Source of the DNA: the human T2T-CHM13v2.0 reference genome, Homo sapiens
Reading direction: 5' to 3' (one strand)
Assembly: GCF_009914755.1 (NCBI RefSeq)
Contig: NC_060929.1
DNA length: 64,000 nucleotides
Notes under the pieces: generated by a model
Databases searched by the model: none
What the model was told of the DNA's origin: nothing
What the model saw: only the letters and a program-made list of their open reading frames with translations
Program-made: the position numbers and the translations under genes
Shown: positions 25,391-38,765 of the stretch, in pieces
How positions within the stretch are numbered: position 1 is the first letter of the stretch
Layout of the letters: every line of letters begins with the position of its first letter

Positions 25391-27931
25391 TTATGATAGC
25401 ATTTATTTTGTATCCATAGACTTTCTTTGCTAGATTGAGTAAATCTTCTATATCTGATAGAAGGGAAAGGAGAAAGTCATAAGGGAATGTAGAGTTAAGA
25501 AAATTTGATGAGCTTTGGTGTACAGAAAAGGGTAATACATGTGCATCAAATATTTAATTATTTAAGTATATAAATATGTTACAAATGAGTGCGTAATAAT
25601 ATCATTGTTATTTGGTAGGGAAGTGGTGACACAGAGGACATTAATACTTTATGCCTCATCTTCTTAGAACACCTCTGATTTCCATGCACAATTCTGTGCA
25701 ACATCAGCCTCTGCCCATGAATCCCTTCCTATGCCTGGACTGAGAGTCTTACCATTTCCTATCCAGTGCCATTTCTAGGTCTTTTCGAAGACATGTAAGA
25801 GTTACCCATAATGTAGAAGGGTTAAGGTACCCAGGGTCATCCCCTAACAAATGAATTAATAAAAGTTTTCTTGTGTTTCAGGAGGAAAATTCAGACAGGC
25901 ATTTTATACATTGGTTGGGAAGTATCAGCAGAATTAATTCTGGTAGCCACAACCGTGATCTTGACAAAACACTCTCCATATTGGCTTTTCCAACTTCTTT
26001 CCCTTCATGTCATCCTCCCAAACTGCCCATCTCTGCCATCATCTCCCCAGTAAAATATGTCCACCTATTCTATTGACCTCAAGCTCTGCCTTGGGGAGGG
26101 AGTTATTAACCATATGAGAGTTTTTATTTCATAGGGAGAACACTATGTTTGCCAGTTGCCACATTCATATGCAGAAAAAGGGAAAGTCCAGTGGGCAGTA
26201 AGAAGCAACTGAAAGAGAACGAAATGTTTTGCAAGGGAAGGGGATACAAGGTAAACTATTAAAGAGAAGACTGAGTTTTACATAGTTTTATATAAGAATG
26301 ACTCTACTTATAATCAAGGAATCTCATAGATATTCCAATTTTTTTCTAAGTAAACATTCGTTTTCATGACAGATGATTTAAAATCTCTTTCCTTATGCTA
26401 AACAAAAGTAACTCTTTGGGGACAAATTTATAAATAGATTTATAGGGAATATGATTTGGAGAATGTGATAATTAGGGACCTCAAGATATTCCACATAATC
26501 TGGAGGTAAAGAAAATAAAAGTTTAATAAGAAGTGCCTCAGGATATTGGAAATCAGAAGTAACATTTTTTTTTTTTTTGCACAAAGTTATTTTAAGATGT
26601 AATGACACCCAAAGGAACATGATATTAACACAGCCAGATTGAAGGAACTGCACATAAAGTAATTCACTGACGTTTACTCAGGAAAGAAACATAGAAAGAA
26701 TCCTGGAATCAAATCCCAGGAGAAATAAACCCAAGTCCCAATTATAATTTTAATCACATTGTGTGAATGGACACATTAGGTCATTTCTAATCTTTTTTAT
26801 TTTGACTTTATGCTCAAAACAGCTATAGCTTTGGGAATGGAGAAAAGAACCAATTTTCTCCAAGAATTAGCAGAAAAGAACTATTTTCTTACTATATTAA
26901 AAGAAGATGGAAATTTTAAACATTCATAAAAGCAATGATATAAATTTGTCACACACAGGCAATCGTTTCATATACTTAGAAACAACTTTTTTATCCATTA
27001 GATATCAATGTGAGATAGTTAATATCAAAGAGCAGCAACTATTGCTTAAAAAGAATTGCTTGTGTTTAAGTGAATCACAGTTTATCAAGATTATAGACTT
27101 AAGAAACTTATTTTTATCTTTTAATTTCAAGTTAAAAAAGTAAGTTTTATGTAAAATAAAATCAATCCATTTATAAGCATGATTAATGTTTGCATGTATA
27201 CATTTCTTATAAATAGTTCCATTTTTAGACTCATTTCATGATTTTCCTTTAAATGTTTCAAACTATTTATTAATTTTCTAGGTTTGATTTTATTTTAAGC
27301 AGTTAATTGCTTCCTGATTGAACAAGTTTATGAGTTTACCAAGAAAATATTCCTAAGTACTTAAACAACATATGCAAATCCAGTAAATTAAAACTGTAAA
27401 TATAGTAAAAATAGTCTGCAAAAATATTCATTCTTTATGTATTTACTAAAATATATATCTTTTAAATTAAAATAATAAATTTGAAATCAATTTTATATTG
27501 TTAGATTGAGATTTTTAGGGCTGATCTGTCAGGTTCTCTAATGAACCAAAGTTTTTCAAACATAACAATACTTCAAACATTATTCAGATTTTTTCTAATA
27601 AAAAAATTGCTCTTGTGACATATCTGATCTACTGTTGTAAATCACCTCTATATATTTATCCTTTTTTTAACACAAACTTGTAAAATCACTTATCTTTTGA
27701 TAAAGCAGATTTTATGTTTCAAAGAGTTGTAGTCTGCAGATCAATTATGTAGGACCAGGTAATGGTGAAGATGTCAGGTAGATTGAGGTCACAATGAAGT
27801 CTTGGAGGCTGCATTCATTTAACTGAATTATTTCGTCCTGTACATAAGCATACTGAGGACTTTTCTCATTCTGATGACATGAGGAATCTTCACTAAGAAG
27901 GCTTCTACAACTACATTAAGATTGATTTCAG

Positions 27932-28220
27932 GGCTGGAGTGGCGGCTCACATCTGTAATCCTAGCACTTTGGGAGGTTGAGGGAGGAGGATCTCTTGAGC
28001 CCAAAATTCGAGATCAGGCTGGGCAACATGGCAAAACTCTGTCTCTACAAAAAATACAAAAATTAGCTAGGCATGGTGTTGCATGCCTGTAGTCCCAGTT
28101 ACTCAGGAGGCTGAGGTGGGAGGATGGCTTGAGCCTGGGAAGTGGAGGTTGCAGTGAGCTAACATCAAGCCACTGAACTCCAGCCTGGATGACAGGGTGA
28201 GACTTTGTCTCAAAAAAAAA
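27932..28220 (+). mobile_element. AluJ
   Basis: Full dimer, ggaggatctcttgagccc, gggcaacatggcaaaac; degenerate TSD aagattgatttca/aaaatggacttca. Confidence 0.9.
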
Positions 28221-28347
28221 TTTTAAAATGGACTTCAAAACATTAATTTTTTACCTCAAATACTTCACATGTACTACATTCATCTAATTAGAACTGATAC
28301 CTATTTGCACACACTCTTACAGATAACTAATTTTACAACTTATTTTT

Positions 28348-28555
28348 ACTCTGCATTACAATAAAACAATATGTTTTCCAATATTTTAAAATATATTATA
28401 ATTCTTAATTCTCACACATAACTTTATCTGACTAGTAACAATTTGAATGTCACTCGGCATTACAATAAAATAATATGTTTTCCAATATTTTAAAATATAT
28501 TGTAATTCTTAATTCTCATACATAACTTTATCTGACTGGTAACAATTTGAATGTC
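28348..28555. repeat. 104-bp tandem duplication (2 copies)
   Basis: Units 28348-28451 and 28452-28555; five substitutions by eye. Confidence 0.93.
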
Positions 28556-28679
28556 AGGAAAATGAAAAGACAGACATAGAAATAGAATTAGAAAATCAAA
28601 TTCTCTTCCTGAATTAAGTAAAGCCATCTCTCAATCACTGTAGATATGCTGTATCTATGTTCCCTAAGAAAAAATAACA

Positions 28680-29060
<381 letters not shown>

Positions 29061-30407
29061 TTATATACCTTAAACTATTCGGTCTTGGATATAATAAGTG
29101 CCTTTATAAATAAACAGACGGAAACAGGAATTAGGAAAGTTGTGACTGTAAAGTAACATAATAGAACAGGATCTGTAAAATACATTTTAAAATAATAATT
29201 ATTAAATGTTAAATTTCAAAGTAGAAAAACATAGTAAAATATCTTTAAGGACACATGATGAATTAATGGAAATTGGTATTAATTCAAGTTGAAACACAAA
29301 ACAAGGAGAAAAGATCAAGTTTTTCAGACCCTAGAAGGTAAAAATATGTGATTGCAATCTTAGAAAACAAGATAAAATTACGGAATAATAGTATTTTAGG
29401 GTTATATAAGCTAATACAACCTCACCTGCTTACATTACAAATAAGGATATTAAAATTCTGTAATGTAACATGACTATTACTATTTTAGACACATGTATAT
29501 TTAGCACCAAATATTTAATAATATAAATCATTTGAGAAAAACCAAATTAGTTCTTTTTCTGATGTAGTGATCACCAAACCACACTCTGATGACAAATTCA
29601 GTATGTAGAGTTAACATGCATATGGCAAGGGAATGTCTAAGATGCTTCTATATGTGTTAAATTATTTAATAACTGAGGGTCATGTAAACCTTCAGTCTTT
29701 GACAAGTCATTCCAGTTACAAGTATTAATTAAAAAGTTATTGAGTAAGTAGTTGATGTGCAATAGCATCTATCTAAAAAAGTCTACACTGTCACTTTTTA
29801 GAATGGAAATGAAAAATACACATAGATGTAAATTTCAAATTTTATTGACTTTGTTTTATTGTAATCTAGAAGAAAGACTTTTTAAAATTTAATGAAGTTT
29901 CTCCTCAAACCTATTTTGACATGATCTTTGAGAGACCATAATTCTATAATATTCTTTTAAACAGTAGATAATGTATCAATTATTCATGTAACTATTATAT
30001 TGCAGATAAATGTAAAGGGCACAATAACACTCTTAATGCCAGCTAGAAATACATCTTATAATTGAAGATTTATATTAAAATATTTAAAAAGTAGCTGATA
30101 CTTTGCCTAGGATACATAAGTACATAATTTTTATTTAGACAGGCTAATTTGAATGACTATATTTGACTATATTTGAATGACTGTTTAATTTGAATGACTT
30201 TAATTATTAATTACAATAGATTGTCAAAATGTATGTAAAAATTCACACAAAAACTAGTGTCTTAGTTAATATGTAAAACAAAACTTCAATATGAAAGTTT
30301 TATCTCAAATTAATATTTATTATTATGATACTGTTTGCTTATCTCAAAGACAATGGTGTCTTGAATAACACAATAGAAAATTATCTCAATAAAGAATACT
30401 ACTTCTG

Positions 30408-30732
30408 GGTCAGGCGCAATGGCTCACACCTGTAATCCTAGCACTTTGGGAGGCCGAGGCAGGTGGATCACAAGGTCAGGAGTTCAAGACCAGCCTGGAC
30501 AAGATGGTGAACCCCCATCTCTACTAAAAATAAAAAATTAGCTGGGCATGGTGGTGGGCGCCTGTAATCCCAGCTACTCGGGAGGCTGAGGCAGAGAACT
30601 GCTTGAACCTGGGAGGTAGAGGTTGCAGTGAGCAGAGATCGCACAACTGCACTCCAGCCTGGGTGACAGAGAGAGACTCCATGCCAAAAAAAAAAAACAA
30701 AAAACAAAAAAACAAAAAACAAAAACAAAAAA
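30408..30732 (+). mobile_element. AluSg-like with an (A)nC tail
   Basis: ggatcacaaggtcaggagttcaagaccagcctggacaagatggtg. Confidence 0.92.
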
Positions 30733-31128
30733 CTAGTACTTTTGAATACTGCTAAAATTTTCAAAATAATTCTAGCTATTGAGGTGTATTTTGATCCTTT
30801 AAGAAAGATACAGGAAGCAGTTATGTCTTCCCTGATTTAAAGAGTCTTCTAATGTAAAGATTAAGTAGGCTATGCATGTTCTCATGTAATAATTATCATT
30901 AAATTTGTTGTCACAAACACAAAAGGCATTGGTGACAATATACATTATTTTTTATTCTCCATGTTAATTTTCAGTTATGTGTGTATGTGTGTGACAAATA
31001 AGAATTTTAAAAATTTTAAAAATTTTAATATTCTTTTCTTTCCAAATATTAGACACCTTCTTTCATGAAAAATACTTTATATAGCTTTAAGTGTTCTCAA
31101 ATGTTGCACATTGACTTATAACATCTAA

Positions 31129-31494
<366 letters not shown>

Positions 31495-32324
31495 ATGTTA
31501 CTTTTTATATAACAGAAATAGTTGTGCTAATGGTCTTCTGAGAAGGAAGGTAGGAAACTACAAATCTTAAAGGAAGTAAACCAAAAGTCAAATGCCACCT
31601 TATATGGATATTGAGTAATTGATTTTGTGATTTAGTAGTTTGTTTAGCTTATCATTCAAAGGCATACGTTAATTGTTACTCAATTTCATTTTTGGTACAT
31701 TAGGAAACTGAAAAACCTGACGTGCATGTGTCGATTTGTGTTTATAAGCCATGGACTTTGTGTGTGATCATTATATTAGCTGCTCTAATGAAAATTGTTA
31801 CACTTTCAATGCTCTTTCAACCTGCAGTTTCTAATCTGTCACAAATCATTGTGGGTACCCCTACTGTAGCTAGATCACCTCGTCAGTGTTAAGACAATTG
31901 CAAGGCACAGCCAGTATCTGGAATTTTGTTTTCACCTTCTGCCCATAAACATTATTTTCATATTATCTACTCTCTTCACAGTCAGAGCCAAAACTTTGTC
32001 TTAATTCTAAAGTACTACATTACAAAAATTTTAAATATCTTAATTTCTGACTATATTGACAAATATATCCAGCCTGCTTACTCACCTTGTTTGTTCAGTC
32101 GATCTCTCTATTTGTCCTGTCCTAGTTCTACTTATATTTCTATCCAACTTAGATCTCTTGGGCCATTATTTCAATATTTTTATTGCCATTTCCAGAAGGA
32201 ATTTTGTTGACTTTCTTCTAACAAAACTATAATTCTGGAAGAGGCCACGTCACCCAATATCAACAAAATGCTTATAATTGCACATGATTTATATCAAGCT
32301 TTTCTAACCAATATTTTTGGAAGG

Positions 32325-33681
32325 TAGGCCTGGCTACATAATTTGCTAGGACTAGTGCAAAATAAAAATGCAGGTCAAAAGCTTTATTTTTGTACAAACA
32401 GCTGTACTTAAAGGCATTAAAATATGTAGCTTTCCCCATTAAAAATATTTTATAACTTATAAAATGTAATAATGATACATGAAAACAACATAAAATTCCA
32501 AAATTATTAAAAAAAACCCAATATTATAAAATACAATAGAAAATAGCACCTTATGAATGTAAAATCTTGATTGATAAAATATTGTCCTGAATATTTATTT
32601 ATTAGGACATTAAAAGTTATATATTTATCAACTTTATTTTTAATTGGTACAAATAAAAAGTGATGTTATTCACTCTAAAAATGCATGGTTATGAATAATT
32701 TTTGATACTTTTTGATTCTGAGAAGGATCTGTTGATGCAATTGCTATAGAAGCTGTTAGAGTATTTTGTAGACTGTTAATATATTTAGATAAATTCCTTT
32801 GAAGTATAAATTTTAGTACTTCTACAGCTAATAATTTTCGTGGAATGAAATATTTTTCTCAAAAGATTTAACTGTATACAAATCTGTTTGATATAAGTAT
32901 GAATTTAATTTTAAATATAAATGTATTCAATAACATTTTAACGTTCTCTCTGACATTTGCTGTGTGGTGGTGACAAAGAAACCAAAGTCACTTCATGAGT
33001 TGTATCTAACTTAAAATTTTTACCTAACCACCAGAGGTTTGGTCTAGGTCCTGGTGCTCACTGCACTGAAAGATGATGACTGAGACAACAGGTATTACCA
33101 AGGAAGAAGGCTTTAAATCAGGCACTACAGCCAAGGAGATGGGAGCTCAGTCTCAAATCCCCCTCTGAGGAGCCAAAACTAGGAGTTTATATAGCAGGGA
33201 AGAAATTTAACAATGTGTAAGAAAACAGCAACTAGGGAGGGGCAAGGAAGCAATCATGATAAATGAGGGATCTGGTATTTCATTGTCTGAATGTGGTGAT
33301 CTGGTGAGTTTCAGTTCTTTGATAAGTTTTTTTGGGGACCAGAATATCATTTTCTGAGGAAGCAACTCAGATAAAACAAATGTAAATTTTAAGTTTTAAG
33401 GCCAGAAGCATCCATTTCAGTTTATCAAAAACAACAACAACAACAACAGCAAACAACAACAACAAACCTATCTATGGGACTGTTGGGTCAGTTTCAAAAT
33501 GGCTGTTTTTTTCTTAGTGCTATATTTTCAATTTAGGTAAAAAATAACTTTAAAAATATATTCCTCATTAATAATTTTTATGCCATTTAAAACTGCAAAT
33601 TTAAGGAAAATGTTGTCAAGAACGTCAACACAGTGACCGCAGAGTGAGCAAGCTGTGTCTCATGCCCTTAAGCCAACCCTG
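32325..33681. mobile_element. hAT-Tip100 DNA transposon (MER45/MER45R-like) with transposase remnant, interrupted by a LOR1 LTR
   Basis: Left end taggcctggctacataatttgctaggactagtgcaaaataaaaatgc; right end cccttaagccaaccctg; 8-bp flanks ttggaagg/ttagaaga (6/8 match); hAT motif on the minus strand at ~32692-32795. Confidence 0.72.
33018..33496 (-). mobile_element. LOR1-like ERV1 solo LTR
   Basis: Reverse complement starts tgaaactgacccaacagtcccataga; ggtttggtctaggtcctg...aaggaagaaggcttt; 4-bp TSD aaat on both sides. Confidence 0.8.
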
Positions 33682-33798
33682 TTAGAAGACATGGATGCAG
33701 CAACAGTATTTTTTAATCTAAATACTTTTGCTGTCCAAAAGTATAAATCCACAATAGAACATAAATAAATAAATAAATATATCCATCACATTACATAC

Positions 33799-34097
33799 TT
33801 TTTTTTTTTTGAGACAAGTCTCTCTCTTTCTCCCAGCCTGGAGTCCAGTGGCAGGATCATATCCCCTCGCAGCCTCAAACTCCTGGGCTCAAGCAATCCT
33901 CTTACATCAGCCTACCAAGTAGCTGGGACTACTGGTATGTTCCACCATTCCTGGCTAATTTCTTTTAAATTTTATTTGGAACAGATGGGGTGTTCCTTTG
34001 TTGCCCAGGCTGGTCTTGGAAGCCTGGGCTCAAACAATCCTTCTCCCTCAACCTCTTAAAGTGATGGCATTATAGGCATAGACCAGTGCACCTGGCC
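33799..34097 (-). mobile_element. AluJ
   Basis: Dimer, ctcctgggctcaagcaatcct; TSD tacatac at 33792-33798 and 34098-34104. Confidence 0.9.
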
Positions 34098-35029
34098 TAC
34101 ATACATTTTTTATTTATTAGTAGGAATGCCTGAGAGTTCCAGGCCAGAAAATCAGAGACATGTAAATTCCGGAATGCCTTTTTTATTGACAGTAAGAATA
34201 ATGGTGCTATTTATAAGTTTGAGAAGGCATAATGATTTTATGCTTTGTCATACTCAAGGAAGATTAGTTTTTTTCTCTTTATTTTTTAAGGACCAAAAAG
34301 TCTATATTGCAACTCAATATAAAAATTTGCAAAAACTTAATTCTAACAATAAACTGAATCATTTTGGAGAACTAACAGTGTATTATGCGCATGAAGATAT
34401 GATGATGACATTAGAAGGAATGTTGGTCTAAAAGGGATACCTTGGTCCTGCCTAAAATTAAGGATCATTGGTTCCCTAACCTCCAAACCTTTCCAAATCA
34501 CACAGTAAAAGAGAGTGACATCAGTACCTTGATCTCATAGATAAACTATTAATTCTACATTGATTTTGTCTTTAATTTTTTCTCTATTTTTTTAAAGGTA
34601 CTAAGCCTCATATAGCTTTGGTGTGTTTAGCAGAATGACACAGATGAAACGTGGATAAATAGTAGTATGATGTATTCTTCCTCCTTTCACCCCAGGATGC
34701 ATCCCCTAGTATTCAGATTTCAAAGTTGACTGAAATAGATATTGATATAGAGAATGCTTTTGTGGATTATTACTTGTTTGCTCAGTGAATTCCATAATCT
34801 ACTTTTCTATATCTTGCTCAGATTCATTTCCTGGAAAGCTGACTTCTATAAACTATATCATCTAGGCCACTTTTCTCTTTGGGTTGAATCTGGATTTGAA
34901 AAATGGCAGGAGTTACTCAGAGATAGAGAAATTATTTGTAAAATTTAAGCCACCCTAATTTCCTGGTAAGCTGTTTTCACGGTTACCCTGATTATCCTAA
35001 AGTGTACAGATCCTGACAGATCGCAGTTT

Positions 35030-36458
35030 TCCTTATATGTTTAGATACATGCTCCTTATCAGATATATGATTGCAAATATTTTCTTTCATTGGTGGTTTG
35101 TCTTTTTCTTTTCTCTTGACTTTTATTTTAGGTCCAGGAATACATGTGCAGGTTTGTTAGATGAGTAAATTGCATGTCTCTGAGGTTTGGTGCATGAACG
35201 ACCCCATCACCCAAGTAGTGAGCGTACTATCCAATAGGTAGTTTTTCAACTCACTCCCCTTCCATTCTCCCCAATAGTCCCAAGTGTTTATTGTTTCCAT
35301 GTTTGTGTCCATGTGTTCTCAGTGTTTAGCTCCTGATTGTAAGTGAGAACAGGCGGTATTTGGTTTTCTGTGCTTGCATTAGTTCTCTTAGGACAATGAC
35401 CTCAAGCTGCATTCATATGTATTTTGAAACACAGAAGCATGGAACTGTGAGGAAGACCATATTATCTTTTTTGGGTTTCTTTTACTTCTTGTCATTCTAA
35501 GAAACCATTCTAGGAAGTCATTATCAAATTAGAGGGTATTCAGATTTGCCCATAATAGTTTTCTAGTTTAAATTTCTACATTTAGGTCTTTCACCCGTTT
35601 AGTTATTTAATATTGTGAGAGGTAAGAATCTCTATATGTGCTATCCAGATGTTTCAACAACATTTGTTGAAAAGACTTTTTGTTCATTAAATAATCATGG
35701 CACTCTCATCAAAATAAATTGACCATAGACACATTACTTATTTCTGAATGTTAGATTTGATTCCATTGTTATACCTGTATATAAATACTGGTACCTCGCT
35801 ATCTTGATTACTGCTGCTTTTTAGTAAGTTTTAATATTGAAAAGTGTGAGTCCTCCAAGTTTTTCTTCTTCATCAAGATTATTTTGTCTATTCTAGATCC
35901 CGTGCAATTCCATATAAATTTTAGGATTAGCTTGTCGGTTTCCAAAATTGAGACTCCAAAATTCCAAGATTGTGGTGAATCTATATATCAATTTAGTGAG
36001 TATTGCCATCTTAACAATATTAAGTCTTTCGATCCTTGAACATAGGATTTTTTTCCACATATTTAGATTTTTCTTTAATATTTTTCAACAGTTTTGTAAT
36101 CTTCATAGAGTAAGTTTTGCATTATTTTTGTTAAATATTTTCCTAAGTATTTTATTCTTTCTAATGCTCTTAAACATAAAATTGTAACTTCACTTTTAAA
36201 TTGTTTGATTAAAGTGTCTAAAACTAAAATTGATTTTTGTATATTAACCTTGAATCCTATAATCTTGCTGTACTTATTAGTATTAATTTTCTTCTAATGG
36301 TTTCTATAGAAATTTATATATACATATATAATATATAATTATGTGATCTTGTGTATATACGTATGTATATATGTATATATGATCTTGTGTGTGTATACAA
36401 GATCGTATAACACATATATATTAATATATGTTATATATGTGTGTATGTATATATAGAA

Positions 36459-36518
<60 letters not shown>

Positions 36519-36720
36519 ATGGGGATAGTTTTCCTGCTTTCTTTCCAATCTGTATGTCTTCCATTTCATTTTCTTGCCTAATTGCTCTAGCTAAAACTTC
36601 TAGTATAATGTTGAATAGAATTAAAAAGGGTGAGTATCATTACCTTGTTCCTGATCTCAGGGGGGAAAACTTCAGGCTTTCACCACTGTGATGTTAGCTG
36701 TGAGTTTTCCATAGATGCTT
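35030..36720 (-). mobile_element. Old L1M ORF2 fragment with a nested L1PA 3' end (~35110-35420)
   Basis: ttgcaaatattttct, catttgttgaaaagact, tattgccatcttaacaatattaagtctt, cttgttcctgatctcagggg. Confidence 0.75.
36315..36518. repeat. Compound (TA)/(TG)n/(GA)n microsatellite
   Basis: Read directly. Confidence 0.9.
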
Positions 36721-36754
36721 TTTTTCTCTTTTTTTTCTTTTAAGTGGGAATAAT

Positions 36755-36878
36755 TTTATTTTCAAACTTTCATCTTGGATTTAGGAAGTACATATGCAGA
36801 TCTGTTACCTGGGTATACTGCATGCTCCTAAGGTTTGGGGTATGAATAATCCCATCACCCAGGCACTGAACACAATGG
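36755..36878 (-). mobile_element. Short L1PA16-like 3' end
   Basis: acatatgcagatctgttacctgggtatactgcatg...aggtttggggtatgaataatcccatcacccagg. Confidence 0.7.
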
Positions 36879-38049
36879 TATAATTTGAATTGCAAATAAT
36901 TTTGCCACACAATAAAATAAATTATGTATCAAGTAGCAAAAAGATTTCAATTTTAATAATAGGCAATTTTCATTGTTTTCAAAATTGTATGAGGGTTTTA
37001 CCATTTATGAAAACGTTTCGCTTCTGTGGTTACATCAAAAAGAATTTTGTGATCACTTTTTCTTTTCAAAAAATATGACACACCTGTGAAAGATCAAATA
37101 TATCAGACATATTCAATGTTACTATTGATGAGAAATATTTTTTATTCTGTCACTTTCTACAAAGTCAAAAAGAATCATAAACTTAAGAGGAGGTGAAAGT
37201 CCTCTTAGAAATGTTACCTCAAATAATTGAAAGAAGACATGACATCTGAATAAATATTTTACTTTATTTTTCATTATGGCACACTTGTATGTACTGGATT
37301 ATTACAATTAGGTTTTTGTTTTCATTTAGGTAGACACAATGCTGTTATCATTAACGTTCATATTCTCCAGGGACAGAAGAAGAATAACATACAATGATTT
37401 TTTTATTGTCAGGTGAAATATTGCAATGTGGCAACCAGATTACTTGGGTGAAAGTGACATATCCTTAGGAGAAAAAATATATTCCTCACAGCAAAAAACT
37501 TTTCTTTTTCTTTCTTTCATACCCGTTGTATTATTTCCTGCACAAATGCAATTTTAATGTCATATTTTTAAACTGGTAAAAAAAATTTCAAAAGACATTC
37601 TTATTTCTACCCATTATATGCTTAGGAAATAACATAATTCATTTTCTGTTATTCATACCTCCAACAACAATGAAGAATAATTTTGAGCATTAAAATATAA
37701 TTTTTTTCATTCATTTGTCTTTTATTTAAGTTCAATTGTTACAGTTTAGTTCTTACAATTGAGTTGCTGCATCACCAGGCTTAACCAACTGGTCTTCACC
37801 ATGTTACTTAGAGACTATATACACACCATCATCCTAAGATTTATTAAATTATCAGTCTTATTCACTAACATTAAAACTGGAAGGTAATATGAGATTGATT
37901 ATTCTTATTAAGTGCACTGTTTTGAAATAAGACAGGCATTCATAAAATTTCATTGAACAGTACTATACCAAAAGCTTATTTCATATTTTCTCATTAATCT
38001 TATTATTTTCCCAAATGGACATCTGACACAGTAAAAGGAATAAAATATT

Positions 38050-38230
38050 TACATACATATATGATACATATATAAATGATAAATGTATGACACACATATG
38101 ATGTATATATATGCCTCATATATGTACCATACATGTGCATATGCATTATATATATGCATCATAGATGCGTTATTATATATGTGTGTGTATATATATATAT
38201 GTGTGTGTGCGTGTTTGTATATATATATAA
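38050..38230. repeat. TA/CA/TG-rich low-complexity repeat
   Basis: Read directly. Confidence 0.85.
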
Positions 38231-38765
38231 TTTTATCTACCTTCCCCAGTTTCTCCAAAAGTCAAACTGATGATATAAACTGGGCACTGGTTTCTAAGAG
38301 TCTGTGCATTGCAGGCCCTTTATAAGACAAGTGTCTGGGAAGCAACTCAAAATAGTTTCAGCCAAAGAAGAAACATAATGGGTCACAAAACTGAGGACAT
38401 GGGTGGTTTTGTTTTAATAAGATGGAGTACAAGACTGTATGGAATATTGCAGACACTCTTACTATCTTTAATCTGTGCTATTCCTGTATTCTCATTGCCC
38501 CATTTAAGAGACCAATAAGAGGGTGCAGCTTGGATGAGGGTAAAGTGACTGCAGGCCTCTCCAGACATTTTTTTAAAGGGAGATGTGGCTACCACATGCC
38601 CTGCTTTCCTTACTGTGTGGCATCATAGACATGTTATGGTTGTTTTTAAATTTTATATGAATGGCATCATAGACAGTATTTTGTCTTTTTCCTAAGTAAT
38701 ATGTTTGTTAAATGGACCTACGCTCTTGTATAGAGTATCTATGTTAATTGTTACTTCTATAGGCT

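Noticed and set aside
28348-28555. CRISPR-like or satellite array
   Set aside because: Only two adjacent copies, no spacers, eukaryotic context
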